Positions 62,609-64,000 of a stretch of DNA of 64,000 nt are shown here, piece after piece. Made by a program: the position numbers and the translations under genes. The DNA lies in assembly GCA_024698685.1 (NCBI GenBank), contig JAILQZ010000017.1, forward strand, positions 27,206 through 91,205, in the 5' to 3' direction. The notes beneath the pieces are model-generated. The model made no database searches and was not told the origin of the DNA. It worked only from the letters and a program-made list of their open reading frames with translations. The stretch's first letter is position 1, and each line of letters starts with the position of its first letter. This DNA comes from a bacterium (GTDB lineage Bacteria > Actinomycetota > Coriobacteriia > Coriobacteriales > CADBOM01).

Positions 62609-63098
62609 CTGCCTCACCTCCGTCCGCAGACTCGGCCTCTGGCTCTGCCTCGGGCTTTGGCTCGAGCTCATCCTCGGACTCGACCTGCGGCTCTGGCTCA
62701 TCCGCAGGAATCTCCACGTAGAAGCCGTCGGGATTCATCGGGAACGGCTCGGAGAGCTTGTAGAAGTTCCCACCGAAGTCGATCGCGATGCCCTTGAAGT
62801 TCACTCCGAAGAGCTCCTTCGTCTCATTCTCGAAGAAGAACGCCGCGGGAGCGAGGTCGGTGATGGATGGGACGATGTCGCCATTTGCGATGTTGGTCAC
62901 GAGGTTTTCGACCTCGGGGCCGCGTCCGAGCGTGTATACGAGCTCGATGCCGCTCTCGATGGTCGTCGCGCAGAGCTGGAGGAATCTCCAGCCATCCTCG
63001 ATGTGCTCCGCAACGCGGGCGTGCATCTCCTCAAGCGAAATCTCGATGAAAACCTGGGGTATCTTCTCCACGTCACTCACCTGGTTCCTCATCGGCAT
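62601..63098 (-). CDS. echD: group 4 hydrogenase NuoC-like subunit (EchD) with an acidic tail
   Basis: The small NuoC/30-kDa-type core (FLQLCATTIESGIELVYTL..., FFFENETKELFGVNF) is followed by EIPADEPEPQVESEDELEPKPEAEPEAESADGGEADE. The start is ambiguous among ATG 63098, ATG 63092 and GTG 63080. The upstream part of the track ORF is out-of-frame overlap with echC. Confidence 0.65.
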   Translation of the reverse strand: MPMRNQVSDVEKIPQVFIEISLEEMHARVAEHIEDGWRFLQLCATTIESGIELVYTLGRGPEVENLVTNIANGDIVPSITDLAPAAFFFENETKELFGVNFKGIAIDFGGNFYKLSEPFPMNPDGFYVEIPADEPEPQVESEDELEPKPEAEPEAESADGGEADE

Positions 63099-63654
63099 TG
63101 ATATCGATATCCGTCTGTTCCTCGGTCTTGGCGGGCTCCTCCAACAGCGGCTGGGAAGCTGCCTCCGCAAGCCGCTCTTGCTCGGCAGCCTTCGCAAGCT
63201 CCTTGGCCTCGTAGCTGCTGGCGAGCTCGAGCGCAGCGCGCTTCTCCTCCAAGGCCCCAAGGCCCGCGACCACGGCGTCGATGAGCGCCTCGGGGCGCAC
63301 CGCGCAGCCAGGTACGTAGACGTCGACGGGAATGGCCTTGTCAACTCCGCCGATCACGTTGTAGCAATCGTGGAAGATGCCGCCGGAACAGGCGCACGCA
63401 CCGCAGGCCACGACGACCTTGGGCTCGAGCATCTGCGAATAGATCTGCTTGACGACGCCAATGTTGCGCTCGTTGACCGCGCCGGTGATCAGGAAGACGT
63501 CGGCGTGCTTGGGATTGCCCGTGTTGATGACGCCGAAGCGCTCGACATCGTACATCGGGGTGAGGCATGCGAGCACCTCGATATCGCAGCCATTGCAGCT
63601 CGACCCATCGTAGTGGATGATCCACGGGGATTTGGACGTACCGGACATTCGCAC
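63073..63654 (-). CDS. echC: group 4 [NiFe] hydrogenase small subunit (EchC/NuoB-like) with a C-terminal extension
   Basis: Contains the NuoB-type cluster ligands GSSCNGCDIE, ACGACACSGG and VPGCAVRPEA. A further ~55 aa form a Glu/Ala/Lys-rich extension ending DINADEEPGE. Confidence 0.85.
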   Translation of the reverse strand: MRMSGTSKSPWIIHYDGSSCNGCDIEVLACLTPMYDVERFGVINTGNPKHADVFLITGAVNERNIGVVKQIYSQMLEPKVVVACGACACSGGIFHDCYNVIGGVDKAIPVDVYVPGCAVRPEALIDAVVAGLGALEEKRAALELASSYEAKELAKAAEQERLAEAASQPLLEEPAKTEEQTDIDINADEEPGE

Positions 63655-63660
63655 CTCCTC

Positions 63661-64000
63661 CTAGATAAAGCTCAGGATCGCGATGTTAGCGACGAAGAGC
63701 AGCAGGGTGATTGCCCAAGACCACTTCAGGGTCGTCTGCCATTTAACGCGAGCGAAGTTGTTGTCGATGATGATCTCCAGCAGGTAGCAGACGATGATCG
63801 CGCCGATTGCGACGAGCCACGACCACCATGCGCTGCTGACGAAGAACATGCCGATGAGACCGAAGAAGAGGACCGTCTCGTACCACTCCATGATCTCGAA
63901 GGCAGCAAAGGTCTTTCCGCTCATCTCTGTCGTCATTCCCTTGACCAGCTCCTGATGCGCATGGTGCGAAGTGGAGAGGTCGAAGGGCGACTTGCGCAGC
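63661..64000 (-). CDS. echB: group 4 hydrogenase membrane subunit (EchB/NuoH-like), C-terminal part; the gene continues beyond the window
   Basis: The frame stays open to the window edge. My translation of 63937-64000 gives LRKSPFDLSTSHHAHQELVKG, followed by MTTEMSGKTFAAFEIMEWYE and two TM helices. This matches the conserved FDL...E..G...EYSG region of NuoH/HycD/EchB. Confidence 0.7.
   Translation of the reverse strand, partial: LRKSPFDLSTSHHAHQELVKGMTTEMSGKTFAAFEIMEWYETVLFFGLIGMFFVSSAWWSWLVAIGAIIVCYLLEIIIDNNFARVKWQTTLKWSWAITLLLFVANIAILSFI

Overview
This is a visibly GC-rich chromosomal segment. The gene content (Ech-type [NiFe] hydrogenase, indolepyruvate:ferredoxin oxidoreductase, glycyl-radical-enzyme activase, no outer-membrane genes) suggests an anaerobic actinobacterium of the Coriobacteriia type; that placement is inference only. 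I call about 50 protein genes and 5 tRNAs, and most are housekeeping. The main blocks are: (1) the conserved minus-strand cluster rpmF-plsX-acpP-rnc-smc-ftsY-ffh (14.0-22.4 kb); (2) an amino-acid ABC importer (8.5-11.6 kb); (3) sbcDC; (4) rdgB-rph-murI; (5) a wecB/wecC (UDP-ManNAc/ManNAcA) glycopolymer locus holding two large uncharacterised multidomain proteins (33.1-39.6 kb); (6) a LigB/Memo-like::AMMECR1 fusion, a radical SAM enzyme and an MFS transporter (40.0-43.5 kb); (7) uvrA-uvrC; (8) a RodZ-like gene; (9) ftsK; (10) iorAB; (11) a cell-envelope group of D,D-carboxypeptidase, VanW-domain protein and pgsA; (12) echBCDEF at the right edge. No CRISPR array, transposase, integrase or rRNA gene was seen. 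The points most worth a second look are these. ftsK is intact except for one in-frame TGA. Two 23-nt duplications of tRNA 3' ends are present, a tRNA-Thr copy as a direct repeat 165 bp downstream and a tRNA-Gly copy as an inverted repeat around a terminator. A possible operon encodes a PhnP-like MBL hydrolase, a HEAT-repeat protein and a DUF853/HerA-like ATPase, next to sbcDC. The AmmeMemoRadiSam-type module has unknown function. A glycyl-radical activase is orphaned between two tRNAs. Three consecutive Ech subunits carry acidic Glu/Pro/Ala tails. Many long ORFs in the track lie antisense to well-supported genes and are treated as GC-driven artefacts.
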